A DNA stretch of 64,000 nucleotides from a virus, in IMG/VR virus record IMGVR_UViG_3300009514_000007, positions 41,381 to 105,380 of that record. One strand, given 5' to 3'. Under the pieces are notes generated by a model. The model ran no database searches, was not told the origin of the DNA, and saw nothing but the letters and a program-made list of their open reading frames with translations. Position numbers and translations under genes: made by a program. Below, in pieces: positions 10,611 to 20,566 of this stretch (position 1 is the first letter of the stretch; every line of letters starts with the position of its first letter).

Positions 10611-11753
10611 GTGAGTCAGGATTTTCAACTCGGCTTCGCTTGCCCGCATCTCACCATCGAGGAACGGGTGCAGCTAGGCTCTGATCGCCGCTCCTTGGAG
10701 ACACGTCAGCCCGTGTCTTCCGAGGATTTCGTGCAGGTTATCGTCAATGACGACCTCACGGTACCCAAGGGTGGGCTGTTCTCGCCAGCGCGCGTGACGG
10801 GCTCGTTTGCGGGTCCATTCCATATCCGCGAAAACGAGAACACGCTCACGCTGATCAGCAGCACAGGGCGCATCGAGGAATATGCGCTCCCGGTCGGGCT
10901 CAGGGTCAAGGCAGCCCGTATCGTGGAATTGCTCGATGCTGTGCGTCGCAATCAAGGGATCGGAATCGTTCCTGAGAACGTCAAGGGGTATCTCCGGTTC
11001 AGTGACATCGACCAACTTGGCGGGGCGAGTCGCATCGAGGTCCGTGGGCCAGCCGCCGTTCAGATCGGATTCGTGAATCAGATCGCTGCCAAGGGACATT
11101 CGATTTTCCCTGGTTGGGAGATGGCTGAGCGCGCCGACATCGTGAACACGGTCAACATCAATCAGTTCGTCTCGATCAAGACCCGGTTTCCGAAATTCCG
11201 CGAGCCGATCAAGGGCGACCCCGTGTTCAAGGTTACTTACGCCACGGTGCAGTCGCGTTGTCGCAGGTGCCGGACGGCCGGCTTTGAGAACGATATGCGC
11301 TTCACCGAGCAGGGTGAGCCCGTACAGATCACGAACGAGAACCTGCTCAACCAGGCTCTACTCAAGATCATTATCACCGAGAAGGGCTCCAACGCCTTCC
11401 ACAATTTCTACGGGACCGATCTTCACGCTCGTATCGGCATGAAGGCAGCGGGCGCGGCAGTGACGACGATCAACGAGGACATCCTGCGTGCCATCGAGAA
11501 TTTCAAGAAGCTCCAGGCCGTGCAGGGGCAGTTCCAGAACCTCACAGCCAGGGAGCGCCTGTTTACCGTGTTGTCGGTCAATGTGATTCCGAGCGAGGTA
11601 GACCCAACTGTGTTTCTCGTGGAGATCGTCGGGACCAATGCTTCTGGCAAGCAAGTGGAGGTTTCCACTGTGTTCTCCGCGCCTGGGTCAGCCGCGCTCG
11701 TTGGTACGAACGGGCTGTCGCTCGGGCTTGCCCCCGAACCGGAGGATAGCTAG
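10611..11753 (+). CDS. Baseplate wedge protein with C-terminal gp25/GPW-like domain
   Basis: C-terminal LLNQALLKIIITEKGSNAFHNFYGTDLHARIG resembles the gp25 core. CRRC pair before it; lies immediately before the baseplate J-like gene. Confidence 0.7.
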   Translation: MSQDFQLGFACPHLTIEERVQLGSDRRSLETRQPVSSEDFVQVIVNDDLTVPKGGLFSPARVTGSFAGPFHIRENENTLTLISSTGRIEEYALPVGLRVKAARIVELLDAVRRNQGIGIVPENVKGYLRFSDIDQLGGASRIEVRGPAAVQIGFVNQIAAKGHSIFPGWEMAERADIVNTVNINQFVSIKTRFPKFREPIKGDPVFKVTYATVQSRCRRCRTAGFENDMRFTEQGEPVQITNENLLNQALLKIIITEKGSNAFHNFYGTDLHARIGMKAAGAAVTTINEDILRAIENFKKLQAVQGQFQNLTARERLFTVLSVNVIPSEVDPTVFLVEIVGTNASGKQVEVSTVFSAPGSAALVGTNGLSLGLAPEPEDS

Positions 11754-11755
11754 CC

Positions 11756-14700
11756 ATGACGACGACTCCCAAGATCATTGGCCCAGACGGCGTTAGTCGG
11801 GAAGATTCCGAATTCACGACCACACTCCCTACGAGGTTTTTCAACGGCACCATTGACGAGAACACCGTCGATATGCAGATCAGTATCCGGGGCGCACCTT
11901 TTGTGTCCAACCCGGATCTGGTCGTCTTTGAGGACACGAGTTTCACGGTCCCCAACCCGTCTGTATTCCCCGATGGCCTTGACCTCGCCGCAGGGCTCAA
12001 TGAGATCCTGATCCGTTCTGTGGGCACCTCGGGCTCCGTGTCGAATTCCGCACGAGTGGCCGTTCGACTCGTACAAGAGTCGGACCTTGGCAGCACGGGA
12101 GAGCCTCCGACCAACATCACCGTTGAACGCCGGGACAACGCGATTGTGATCACGGCCGAGGCATTGGACGACTCCAATGTCACTGGCTACAACATCTATG
12201 CCTCGCGGTTCACGGGCGGTGGCGCGACGGGTTACGTGCGGATCAACGTCAACCCGATCACAGACACCTTCACGAAAGCGGAGACGACCGAGCTTCGGAC
12301 CCTGGAGGTCGATGCGGACGTTGCCACAAACCCGGATGGTTCCCCGGCTGCCGACCCGTTGTTCGTTCAGCTACAGCAGACTCAGACCCGAGGCGGAGAC
12401 CTGATCGAGCGCCTGGAGGACGTGACGCTCACTGACGAGCTTGCGTCAGCCATCACAATCCAAGAGCAGGACAATCTGCTCCAGACCGATTTCACAGACG
12501 TAACAGAGGTACCGGAGACGACGACTAAGCTCCGCACGACGGTTCGCGTGGACTCGGTACGTGAGCGCCAATTCATCAGCTTTGAGCATGACCGCCGAGC
12601 GGGGCCGACGAGCAAGCCCGCAACGGTTCCGGTCGGTGAATTCGCTGCGACTCCGATCACCGATAGCTTGTTTTACGTCGTTACGGCAGTCGTGTTCGAC
12701 TCGGAGCTTCGGGTCGAGAACGAGTCTCCGTTCTCGATCGAGGTTGCGGCCAACCCGGTCACAGTTCAGTTGAACCTTGGTAACTTTCCCACGGTCACTC
12801 GCTCGGACATTACGCAGCAGACGATCACGGCGCTCTTGCGTACCAACCCGACCATCGCGGTCCAGCCCGGCGCCGTTGTCCGCGACATTTTTGTGGACCC
12901 CTTCGCCAGTGAGGCTGAGCGCGTCCGCTTCATCGTGGATTTCCTGCACCGCACGGAGTCGTTCGACACGTTGCTTCGCATCGACGGCATTGACGAGGAC
13001 GGCAACCCTGTTGCGGTCCAAAACTCGGCGTACAAGCAGGCTCTCCAACGTGCCTTTGGGCTCCAGCGTCCCGAGGCGGTCCAGGCGGTGATCGACCAAG
13101 CCTTTGAGCAGGGGGCAGCCAAGGTTGGGCAGTCGCGCCTGCCGGGTATCCGCGCTCGCGGTCAGGTCACGTTTTTCACGAACACCCGCCCCACTCAGAC
13201 CATCCCGATCCCGTTGGGGACGACGGTGGCTGCGGGTTCGGTGACGTTCGTGACGACGGCGGACTCCGCGATCCCATTTGAGAATGCGGCTTCGTTCTTT
13301 GACCCGACTACGGGGCTGTTTTCGGTGGACGTGTTGATCCGCGCCGAGGCGGTCGGTGAGGCAAGCAACGTCGCGCGGGGTCAGATCCGCACGGTGCTTT
13401 CAGGGACCTCGGGTCTCCAGGTGATCAACTCCAGTGACACGTTTGGAGGCTTGAACCTGGAGACGAATTTCAAGCTCGCTGTCCGTGCCAAGAACGCCCT
13501 TGCGTCCGTGGACTCGGGGACGGAGGCAGGCTACCGCCAAACCCTCGCCGCCATCCCTGGCGTGCAGGAGACAGTGATCGTCACTCCTGGCGACCAACTC
13601 ATGCAGCGGGATTTCGACGCTGATTTCGACAAGCACGTCAAGGGCAAGGTGGACATCTACATCCGTGGGCGGAACCTCGCCACGGTGACGGACACCTTCG
13701 CGTTCACGTTTGAGACGAGCAACGACGCCCAATTCAAAATCAAGGGCAACCCATCGAACCTCGTCTTTGAGGCGCTGGACGCAAGGCTCACGCCTGACAA
13801 CCCCCTTGCCGAGATGCTGGATTTTGCCGAGATCGGTCTTGGCTTCCGCAACGCGACCTCGGGTCAGAACTTCGACCTCACGAACGTCCAGATCCTCGAC
13901 TACAAGACCATTCAACTTGACGATTCGCTCGCACAACCGGGTGCGGCCCTTGGCGATGTGTTGCTCGGGGATTTCCGCTTCTTGGTCACCAACGAATTCA
14001 TCCTTCCGCGCCAGCCGGTCGCCGAGGTTATTGGGGTTACCGGGCAACTCACGGGAGCTTTGAGCGATGACCAATTTGCGCTGTACCGTCTCGACAACCC
14101 GCTGCTCGATGGGCGCTCGACGGAAGCGCAGTCGTTCGTGCGGATTAACCCGTCGAGCGGGGTGCCGACCGGCAACCTCGTCGCGGTCCAGAACGAGTCC
14201 CACATCGTCATCGGCGAGTTCTACGAAACGCTGAACAACCTCGGGGTCAACCCCCTCACGATCCGGGTGTTCAATTCGGGCAAGACGATCGAATACCGGG
14301 GACCGAATCACCCCTCGGGCATCTCCGATTTCACGATCATCCCTGGCGACTCCACGACGGCGACCTCCATTGTCCGTATCCCCTCGGGAGGCATTTCTTC
14401 GGGCCAGCGGCTTCTCGTGGACTACCAGCACAACGAGAATTTCACCGTCGAGTACACGATCAACTTGGCTGTCAGCACGGCGCAGGGTGTGATCAACGGC
14501 CGCAAAGGCAAGCACATCACGGGAGACATCCTCGTGAAAGAGGCCGTCCCGGTTCCCGTGGACCTGGCTGTCACGATCATTCGGCGCTCGGGCTTTGCGG
14601 TGAGCCAAGTGGACCGGGCGGTACGGACGAATCTCACTCAGTTTTTCAACAGCCTGCCGATGGGTACGCCTGTTCGCCAGTCGGACCTCGATGCGGTGAT

Positions 14701-15298
14701 CGAACGCACCGATGGGGTTTCGTTCGTGGACCTTCCGTTTACCAAGATGGTGCGTGCTCCCGACTCCTGCGTGATTCGTGAAGCCTTGCGTACCAGCCAG
14801 ACCGGAGACACCACACTCATTGAGGGGACGGATCTCCAGCCCATCTCAACGACGACCGTGCTGGTGTGGCTCATTGAGGACGAGTTGAACAGCGCGACTG
14901 CACAGGCGGGAGGCCCTGACAACGAATTCCGAGGCGTGACCAAGGACGACCGGGACATGGATCTCCAGCCGGTGCAGTTTGAGGCACTTGGGCTTGGCTC
15001 AGATCGCGCCTTCATTATCGGGGACGAGGGGCTGTCCATTCCGGGTTTCTCGGACAACGAGACGCTGCAAGCCGAGTTCCCCACGGCCAGCCTATCCGAG
15101 ATCGAAGCACAGCGACGGAAGCTCACGTCGAACCGTGTGGCCGTCTCCCTTGCTGTAGGAGACAGCCCAACCGCCCACACCTTCACCGTGACCTACGTGG
15201 TGAGCGCGGTGAATACCGGGACCAAGAACCTCGATGCCTTCGACATCGAATACTTTGAGGTTGGCGACCTCGATTTCACCCACTCCGAGGATAGCTAG
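11756..15298 (+). CDS. Baseplate J-like (T4 gp6/P2 gpJ family) wedge protein with extra domains (1180 aa)
   Basis: Baseplate-J signatures: GIRARGQVTFF...IPLGTTV, VLIRAEAVGEASNVARGQI...VINSSDTFGGLNLETNFKLAVR...SGTEAGY...AIPGVQETVIV. Gene order gp25-J-I. Confidence 0.85.
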   Translation: MTTTPKIIGPDGVSREDSEFTTTLPTRFFNGTIDENTVDMQISIRGAPFVSNPDLVVFEDTSFTVPNPSVFPDGLDLAAGLNEILIRSVGTSGSVSNSARVAVRLVQESDLGSTGEPPTNITVERRDNAIVITAEALDDSNVTGYNIYASRFTGGGATGYVRINVNPITDTFTKAETTELRTLEVDADVATNPDGSPAADPLFVQLQQTQTRGGDLIERLEDVTLTDELASAITIQEQDNLLQTDFTDVTEVPETTTKLRTTVRVDSVRERQFISFEHDRRAGPTSKPATVPVGEFAATPITDSLFYVVTAVVFDSELRVENESPFSIEVAANPVTVQLNLGNFPTVTRSDITQQTITALLRTNPTIAVQPGAVVRDIFVDPFASEAERVRFIVDFLHRTESFDTLLRIDGIDEDGNPVAVQNSAYKQALQRAFGLQRPEAVQAVIDQAFEQGAAKVGQSRLPGIRARGQVTFFTNTRPTQTIPIPLGTTVAAGSVTFVTTADSAIPFENAASFFDPTTGLFSVDVLIRAEAVGEASNVARGQIRTVLSGTSGLQVINSSDTFGGLNLETNFKLAVRAKNALASVDSGTEAGYRQTLAAIPGVQETVIVTPGDQLMQRDFDADFDKHVKGKVDIYIRGRNLATVTDTFAFTFETSNDAQFKIKGNPSNLVFEALDARLTPDNPLAEMLDFAEIGLGFRNATSGQNFDLTNVQILDYKTIQLDDSLAQPGAALGDVLLGDFRFLVTNEFILPRQPVAEVIGVTGQLTGALSDDQFALYRLDNPLLDGRSTEAQSFVRINPSSGVPTGNLVAVQNESHIVIGEFYETLNNLGVNPLTIRVFNSGKTIEYRGPNHPSGISDFTIIPGDSTTATSIVRIPSGGISSGQRLLVDYQHNENFTVEYTINLAVSTAQGVINGRKGKHITGDILVKEAVPVPVDLAVTIIRRSGFAVSQVDRAVRTNLTQFFNSLPMGTPVRQSDLDAVIERTDGVSFVDLPFTKMVRAPDSCVIREALRTSQTGDTTLIEGTDLQPISTTTVLVWLIEDELNSATAQAGGPDNEFRGVTKDDRDMDLQPVQFEALGLGSDRAFIIGDEGLSIPGFSDNETLQAEFPTASLSEIEAQRRKLTSNRVAVSLAVGDSPTAHTFTVTYVVSAVNTGTKNLDAFDIEYFEVGDLDFTHSEDS

Positions 15299-16686
15299 TG
15301 GCGACGGACGATCCAGATCGGGAGCGCAGCCTACTCCCGTATACGGTCGGGCAGAACCCTGCTCCGGTCGAGGTTGTCGGCCAACAGAGCACGGATCAGG
15401 TCCGTGCCCTGACCGAACAGATCTTGGGGACGTTCAGTCGTGTGCTCCCGTCCAACTACGTGAGCCAGATCTCCGGCCCGTTCTACAACACGCAATTCCA
15501 GGCGTTTGCGGAGGTGCTGGCCCGCATCCAGATCACAGCCGAGGAAGCCGCCCTGGATGGGCAGATCGATTTCACGCGCCCGGAGTTCCTGTGGCAGACG
15601 ATCGGCACGCTGGTCTTTCCCGACATTAACGAGGATGGCATCCCCGACATCCCCGGAGATGTCTCGTACCGCTGTTTCTTGAAACGGATGATCAACCTCC
15701 TGCTCAGGGGCGCTCGCCTCGACGTGCAGAAAGAGGGTATCGAGCTACTGACGAGTGCGGTCGTCACCATCTTGGAGAAGGTCGCCTTCCAACGTGACCC
15801 GAACACGGCATGGGGCTTTGCCGAGCAGCACGAGTTTGAGGTCAACGTCTCGGACACCTCGACGTGGACGGACCCTGAAACGGGGGAGTTGATCGAAGGC
15901 GTCGTCGGGACCGGCTTCCCCGAGGATCCGTTCCGGCTCCAAAAGAACGTCGCCATCGTCCTGCGGGCGCTCAAGCCTGCACACACGCTCTACGACTACC
16001 GGCACCTGTTCTTGGAGTCCTTTGAGGACATTTTCACGGACGACGTGTCTTGGGAGATTTCGCCGTACTACTACGACGATTTTCGCCGATTCTGTGAGGG
16101 GGCTCAGTGCATCGCGGGCACGGGCGACACGCTCAGTGACCGCACCCTGTTTACGGATCCGACTCTCGATTTCAGATCCATTTGCCCCGGAGCGTTGCTG
16201 GAGATCCTGAGTGGCCCGAACACCCCGCCTTCACAGGGCGGAGTCGATGAATTCAATTTGGGCCGGTACTACGTCCGCGAGGTACTGCGGATGCCGATCG
16301 GCGCGGAAAGCACGCCGAGGGCTTACACGACCTCCCCCACTGGCCTGAGTGGGACGGCCACGATCGGGGACAACGGCCAGATCACGGACGAAGCTCAGGA
16401 TTTCAGTCAGGTCGAGGAAGGCGAGATCCTGACCATCACCGAGGGCGGGAATGCCGGGAGCTACCGGATCGATACGCTTTTGGGGGTAAACGGCGGAGAA
16501 CCGGGCTTTGTAGCCTCTGGCTCTCTGATCGAGTCGATTCGGGTGGCCCCGAGCATGTTGCGGCTCGCCCGGATCATGCCTGAGCAGGCCACCGGGCAGA
16601 GCTACACGGTGGGTGTGGATCGTCTGGGAATTCGGAAACCCCAGATCGTCGTCGGAGAGGACGCTAGTGCCCAATTTTACCTGTGA
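15298..16686 (+). CDS. Baseplate wedge protein, P2 gpI / T4 gp7-like N-terminal domain
   Basis: GDVSYRCFLKRMINLLLRG...LRALKPAHT pattern typical of the gpI family; directly follows the J-like gene with a GTG overlapping its TAG. Confidence 0.75.
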   Translation: MATDDPDRERSLLPYTVGQNPAPVEVVGQQSTDQVRALTEQILGTFSRVLPSNYVSQISGPFYNTQFQAFAEVLARIQITAEEAALDGQIDFTRPEFLWQTIGTLVFPDINEDGIPDIPGDVSYRCFLKRMINLLLRGARLDVQKEGIELLTSAVVTILEKVAFQRDPNTAWGFAEQHEFEVNVSDTSTWTDPETGELIEGVVGTGFPEDPFRLQKNVAIVLRALKPAHTLYDYRHLFLESFEDIFTDDVSWEISPYYYDDFRRFCEGAQCIAGTGDTLSDRTLFTDPTLDFRSICPGALLEILSGPNTPPSQGGVDEFNLGRYYVREVLRMPIGAESTPRAYTTSPTGLSGTATIGDNGQITDEAQDFSQVEEGEILTITEGGNAGSYRIDTLLGVNGGEPGFVASGSLIESIRVAPSMLRLARIMPEQATGQSYTVGVDRLGIRKPQIVVGEDASAQFYL

Positions 16687-16703
16687 ATTCGGCTCGGTTG
16701 CGG

Positions 16704-16728
16704 GCCTATAGGGCGAGCTAGGTAGGAC
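16704..16728 (+). promoter_or_regulatory. Candidate late promoter GCCTATAGG plus leader element AGGTAGGAC
   Basis: GCCTATAGG-N7-AGGTAGGAC here and GCCTATAGG-N8-AGGTAGGAC at 37888-37913. RBS AAGGAG before the ATG at 16745. Confidence 0.6.
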
Positions 16729-16744
16729 CGTCCAAGGAGCATCA

Positions 16745-19700
16745 ATGGCCGCTAGCATTGAAAGCAAAGTCAACGCAGCCGCACCGCTGGTCGGCGTGAG
16801 CCGCGAAGATCTGCGGGCGGGCGACGTAATCACCCTGACGCATGTTGGAGCGCCAGCCACGACCTACGGGTGGTCGCTGCTGTTTACGCCTGACCAACCG
16901 GACGGTACCCCGTCCACCGCGACCCTTTCCTCGACGGTCGGGCCTGGTCCGATCACCTTCACGGTAGACAACGAGGGCGCGTATCTCGTCCAATTGATTG
17001 TCGATTTCGGCCTTGGGACCGAATCGAAGCAATCCGTTCGGCTGCGTTTTCAGACCGTATTTGCGGATCTGAAACTGGTCGCGGGCGGCGAGAAGCGAGA
17101 CACCACCGAGGCCATCCCGGTCGATGCGAGCCCCGAAGGTTGGGCCGACGACCAAAACCAGAATCTCCAGACGTTGCTGGCTCTCGTCCAGCACGTCTCG
17201 TCCAGCGGTCGAATTCTCTACATCGACGCGAACCGATCGAAAGACTCCAGCAACCCTCCGAACGACCCGACCATCGCGGAAGCGTTCGCGGACGGTTCCA
17301 CCTATGCCGAGGCAGCGGCCCTCGCCAACAACCCGGTCTGGAACGAAGGCGTGCCGCCCTCGTCCACGAGTCCGGTGATCGTTGCTGCCCGGCCCGGCCT
17401 CTACATCGAGAACCTGACCCTTGAGCCCTACGTCCACCTGATCGCGTGGCCCTCGACGGGGGGCTTCGATGGTGACACGGCGCTTGGCAAGGTAGACAAC
17501 TCGGTTCGATTCCGATGTGCCAACGGTGGCGGTGTTCCGGCCCTCACTCACACGGCTAGCGTTCCGCTCGTCGGTGATTTCGTGATGGCTGCGGGCGTGG
17601 TGTTTGAGAACATCGGCACGACGACCAATGCGGCGATCCGAAAGACCGGCGTTGGCGATTTCCACGCCGTCAATTGTCGGGTCGTTCAAAACGGCAATGG
17701 GGCGGGACAGGGCGCAGCGCTCTCCCCCGAGAACGGGCGCACTTTCCTGCGGGAAACCACGCTCGTCCAAAACGCAACCTTCTCGGACGACCTCGCAGCT
17801 TTGTCTTTGGCCCCTGCGGGTCCGAATACTGCATCCGTCGTCATGGACGGAGGCAAGATCCACGGTACGTCGGCTGCGCGCCTGGACATCAATCAGGTCG
17901 GTGGTGCGGGCACCTTCGCCACTTTCCGTGATGTCGAATTCCGCCAGGTCGGCATCGGCCCGAGCAGCTACGTCGTCCACACGTTTGCTCCGGTCACGTC
18001 TTTCGACCGCTGTAGCTTTAGCAATGAGAACGGCGGCGCCGATGCGATCGAGGGCAACCCTGGAGGCGTAGGTACGCCGGGTGCCATGACCATCGAGGTT
18101 CGTCGCAGCACTCTCGGGGCACCGGGCGCCTACTTGGGCATCCTGTTTGACGACACCGGCCTCGGTGGGGCAGCGCTTTTGCGCACAGGTTCGTCGGAAT
18201 TCTTGGAGCCCATCACGGAGCCCGGCGGGACGATTCCCCGTGAGGCCCTGACTCTTGGCACGACTCTGTTCTACGACAACACGGCATCTGGTATCACGGC
18301 CGAGAACGTCCAAGACGCCATCGACCAGACGTTCGATGCTGCGGACTCGATTGCCAACCTGGACGACGCCTATGACGGCTTCGATTTCTCGACTACCCCT
18401 CCGACTCGCCTCGTTGGCGGCGGTCGGGTCATTCTCGCAGACGCCGATGCGGTCGAGGTTCACGGTTCTGGTGTCTCGACGGACCCCCCGGCCATTGACG
18501 ACCTGAGTGGTGACGGTACCGTTCGGATCAATCAGGCGTTGGAGATCGGCGCGATCAATGCCCCCGAGGTTCTGATCGATTCCAACTTGTTCGGCAACGG
18601 GCCGTTTATGTCGATGGGCCAACTTGTTTGGTCCGACAGCCCACTCGGAGCCTCCGCGTATTTCGTCGCCAAGGCGACCGGGGACACGGGCGGAACCGAC
18701 GAATACCGAAACTACAATCTCCGCATCCAGACGCAGAGCGGCTACGGGCACACGATGGCCGGGCCGATGCTCTCGGAAATGGGCGCCCTGATCCTCCAGG
18801 GTGGGTCGGCCTACGCAATCGGTGGGGTCAACTCCCCGGCTGGCGGTTCGGTCTACGTCATGGCGGGCAACGTCGATACGGCGGCTGCCGCCCCGGATGG
18901 CGACCCCGGCAACGTGTGGGTAGTCCCCGGTGTCTCGCAGGTCGGTGGTACTCCGACTGTTGGCTCGATGAAGCTGGTCGATCCCGACTCAGCGACCTCG
19001 GCAACGCTCGTTCCCGTCAGCAACTTTGTGGACTCCGGTGCTCCAGCGGGCACGATCACGTTCGCAACCGACACGGGCAAGGTCACTGTTACCTTCACAG
19101 GCGGAGAGGTCTTTGCCGGACCTGGCGGCATTCAGGAGAAGCTGCAACTGGCTTCGGGCATGGTGGCGACCTGGCCGGGAGGCGCAACGCCGATCACCCT
19201 GACCACGACTGCCATTGGCCCGACCGCTGAGCTTCTGTACGTGGCAGACACGGGAGGCGTAAACGCTTTCCTCGGTGATTTCTCGATCACGGGTGGTGCT
19301 GTATTCACGCCGGGGACGTTCCCCGTCGTCGTGGATATGTGGGCCAATGGCTCGGGCGAGCTTGAGGTGGGGCCTGTTGGCGGTGGGTCCAACATGATCT
19401 ACAACCCGACCACCGGGAAGCTTACCGTCCCCGGCCTGATTGACCCGACCGGCATGGCCTTCACCAACGAGGCCGAGGCTACGATTGCCGCCGCCGTTGG
19501 GACGCTCGGCACTGCGTTCGTGTCAGACGGCACTGGCCTTGCCCCGAACGCTGACCACCTGTATTTCCGACGTGGCAGTGATGGCGTGCTGTTCGACCTG
19601 CTTGCTGCGGGTGGAGGCGGCGCACCGCTTGGGTCGCGCTATGTCCTTTCGCCCGGCGCGGCAGATGGCTCGCTGACGGCTGAGCGAATCATCGCGGACA

Positions 19701-20560
19701 CTGCCGACATCGCATGGACCGATGGTGGTGCGGGTGGCTCGTTGACTGCCGACCTGGCGGTTCAAGGAGCGGTCACGCCAGGCACTTACCTGCTCGCCGA
19801 TGTCACGGTGAACAGCAAGGGAGTCATCACTGGCATCGCGGCGGGTACGTCGGGTGGGGCCTCGTCGGCAGCCTCCTACGTGATCGTCGGTGGGGGTACG
19901 GGCGATGGTACGCTCACCGAGGAACGCACCCTTGCAGGAGATGCGGGCACTGCAAACGTCTCCGTCACCGATCTCGGTGTCGGCAACCCGGTTCGCATTG
20001 ACCTGATCAACACCGCAGTTACGCCGGGTGTTTACGGCGGAGCCGGAGCGGCTACGACCTTCACGGTGGATGCGAACGGGCGTCTCACCGCAGCAGCAAC
20101 GGAATCGGGGCCTTTCCCTGCGGTCCATACGATCTCGGAGCAAATGACTGTCCCGGTCGGGGTTGCGCCTCCGAACACGATCAACGAATTCCATGCTCTC
20201 GCGTTCCCGGCTGGCTTTACGCCCGTTCCTGTTCCGGGTGGAGGTGGCCCGGCTGCGGCCTACGTCTACATCGACGTGGCGTTGGGTATGGCTCCTGGTA
20301 CCGCTCTCTTGGAGATCTTCGCAGGGCCTCCGACTCCAGGTGTCCCTGCGGCCGGTACCTTGCCAGGACCACACCCCTCGTTCGTTTCGCTTGCGCCCCC
20401 CGTTGACATCGGGATTTTGGCTCCGGCGACGCATCTTGCAATCCCCATCGCTCTTGCCCCCATTCCGCCGGGTAGTTTCCTAGTGTTCAACACGGTCTAC
20501 ACGGCACCGGTGCCAACGGGTGATGGGCTGATCGTGTCCGTTTCCGGTATTGGCGCCTGA
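16745..20560 (+). CDS. Tail fibre/tailspike protein with putative beta-helix domain and fibre repeats (1271 aa)
   Basis: N-terminal PKD-like segment. TYAEAAALA...VIVAARPGLYIENLTLEPYVHL resembles the start of a parallel beta-helix. Also FYDNTASGITAENVQDAID trimer motif and two VTPGxY...VTVxxxGxIT repeats. Confidence 0.7.
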   Translation: MAASIESKVNAAAPLVGVSREDLRAGDVITLTHVGAPATTYGWSLLFTPDQPDGTPSTATLSSTVGPGPITFTVDNEGAYLVQLIVDFGLGTESKQSVRLRFQTVFADLKLVAGGEKRDTTEAIPVDASPEGWADDQNQNLQTLLALVQHVSSSGRILYIDANRSKDSSNPPNDPTIAEAFADGSTYAEAAALANNPVWNEGVPPSSTSPVIVAARPGLYIENLTLEPYVHLIAWPSTGGFDGDTALGKVDNSVRFRCANGGGVPALTHTASVPLVGDFVMAAGVVFENIGTTTNAAIRKTGVGDFHAVNCRVVQNGNGAGQGAALSPENGRTFLRETTLVQNATFSDDLAALSLAPAGPNTASVVMDGGKIHGTSAARLDINQVGGAGTFATFRDVEFRQVGIGPSSYVVHTFAPVTSFDRCSFSNENGGADAIEGNPGGVGTPGAMTIEVRRSTLGAPGAYLGILFDDTGLGGAALLRTGSSEFLEPITEPGGTIPREALTLGTTLFYDNTASGITAENVQDAIDQTFDAADSIANLDDAYDGFDFSTTPPTRLVGGGRVILADADAVEVHGSGVSTDPPAIDDLSGDGTVRINQALEIGAINAPEVLIDSNLFGNGPFMSMGQLVWSDSPLGASAYFVAKATGDTGGTDEYRNYNLRIQTQSGYGHTMAGPMLSEMGALILQGGSAYAIGGVNSPAGGSVYVMAGNVDTAAAAPDGDPGNVWVVPGVSQVGGTPTVGSMKLVDPDSATSATLVPVSNFVDSGAPAGTITFATDTGKVTVTFTGGEVFAGPGGIQEKLQLASGMVATWPGGATPITLTTTAIGPTAELLYVADTGGVNAFLGDFSITGGAVFTPGTFPVVVDMWANGSGELEVGPVGGGSNMIYNPTTGKLTVPGLIDPTGMAFTNEAEATIAAAVGTLGTAFVSDGTGLAPNADHLYFRRGSDGVLFDLLAAGGGGAPLGSRYVLSPGAADGSLTAERIIADTADIAWTDGGAGGSLTADLAVQGAVTPGTYLLADVTVNSKGVITGIAAGTSGGASSAASYVIVGGGTGDGTLTEERTLAGDAGTANVSVTDLGVGNPVRIDLINTAVTPGVYGGAGAATTFTVDANGRLTAAATESGPFPAVHTISEQMTVPVGVAPPNTINEFHALAFPAGFTPVPVPGGGGPAAAYVYIDVALGMAPGTALLEIFAGPPTPGVPAAGTLPGPHPSFVSLAPPVDIGILAPATHLAIPIALAPIPPGSFLVFNTVYTAPVPTGDGLIVSVSGIGA

Positions 20561-20566
20561 TGATCC

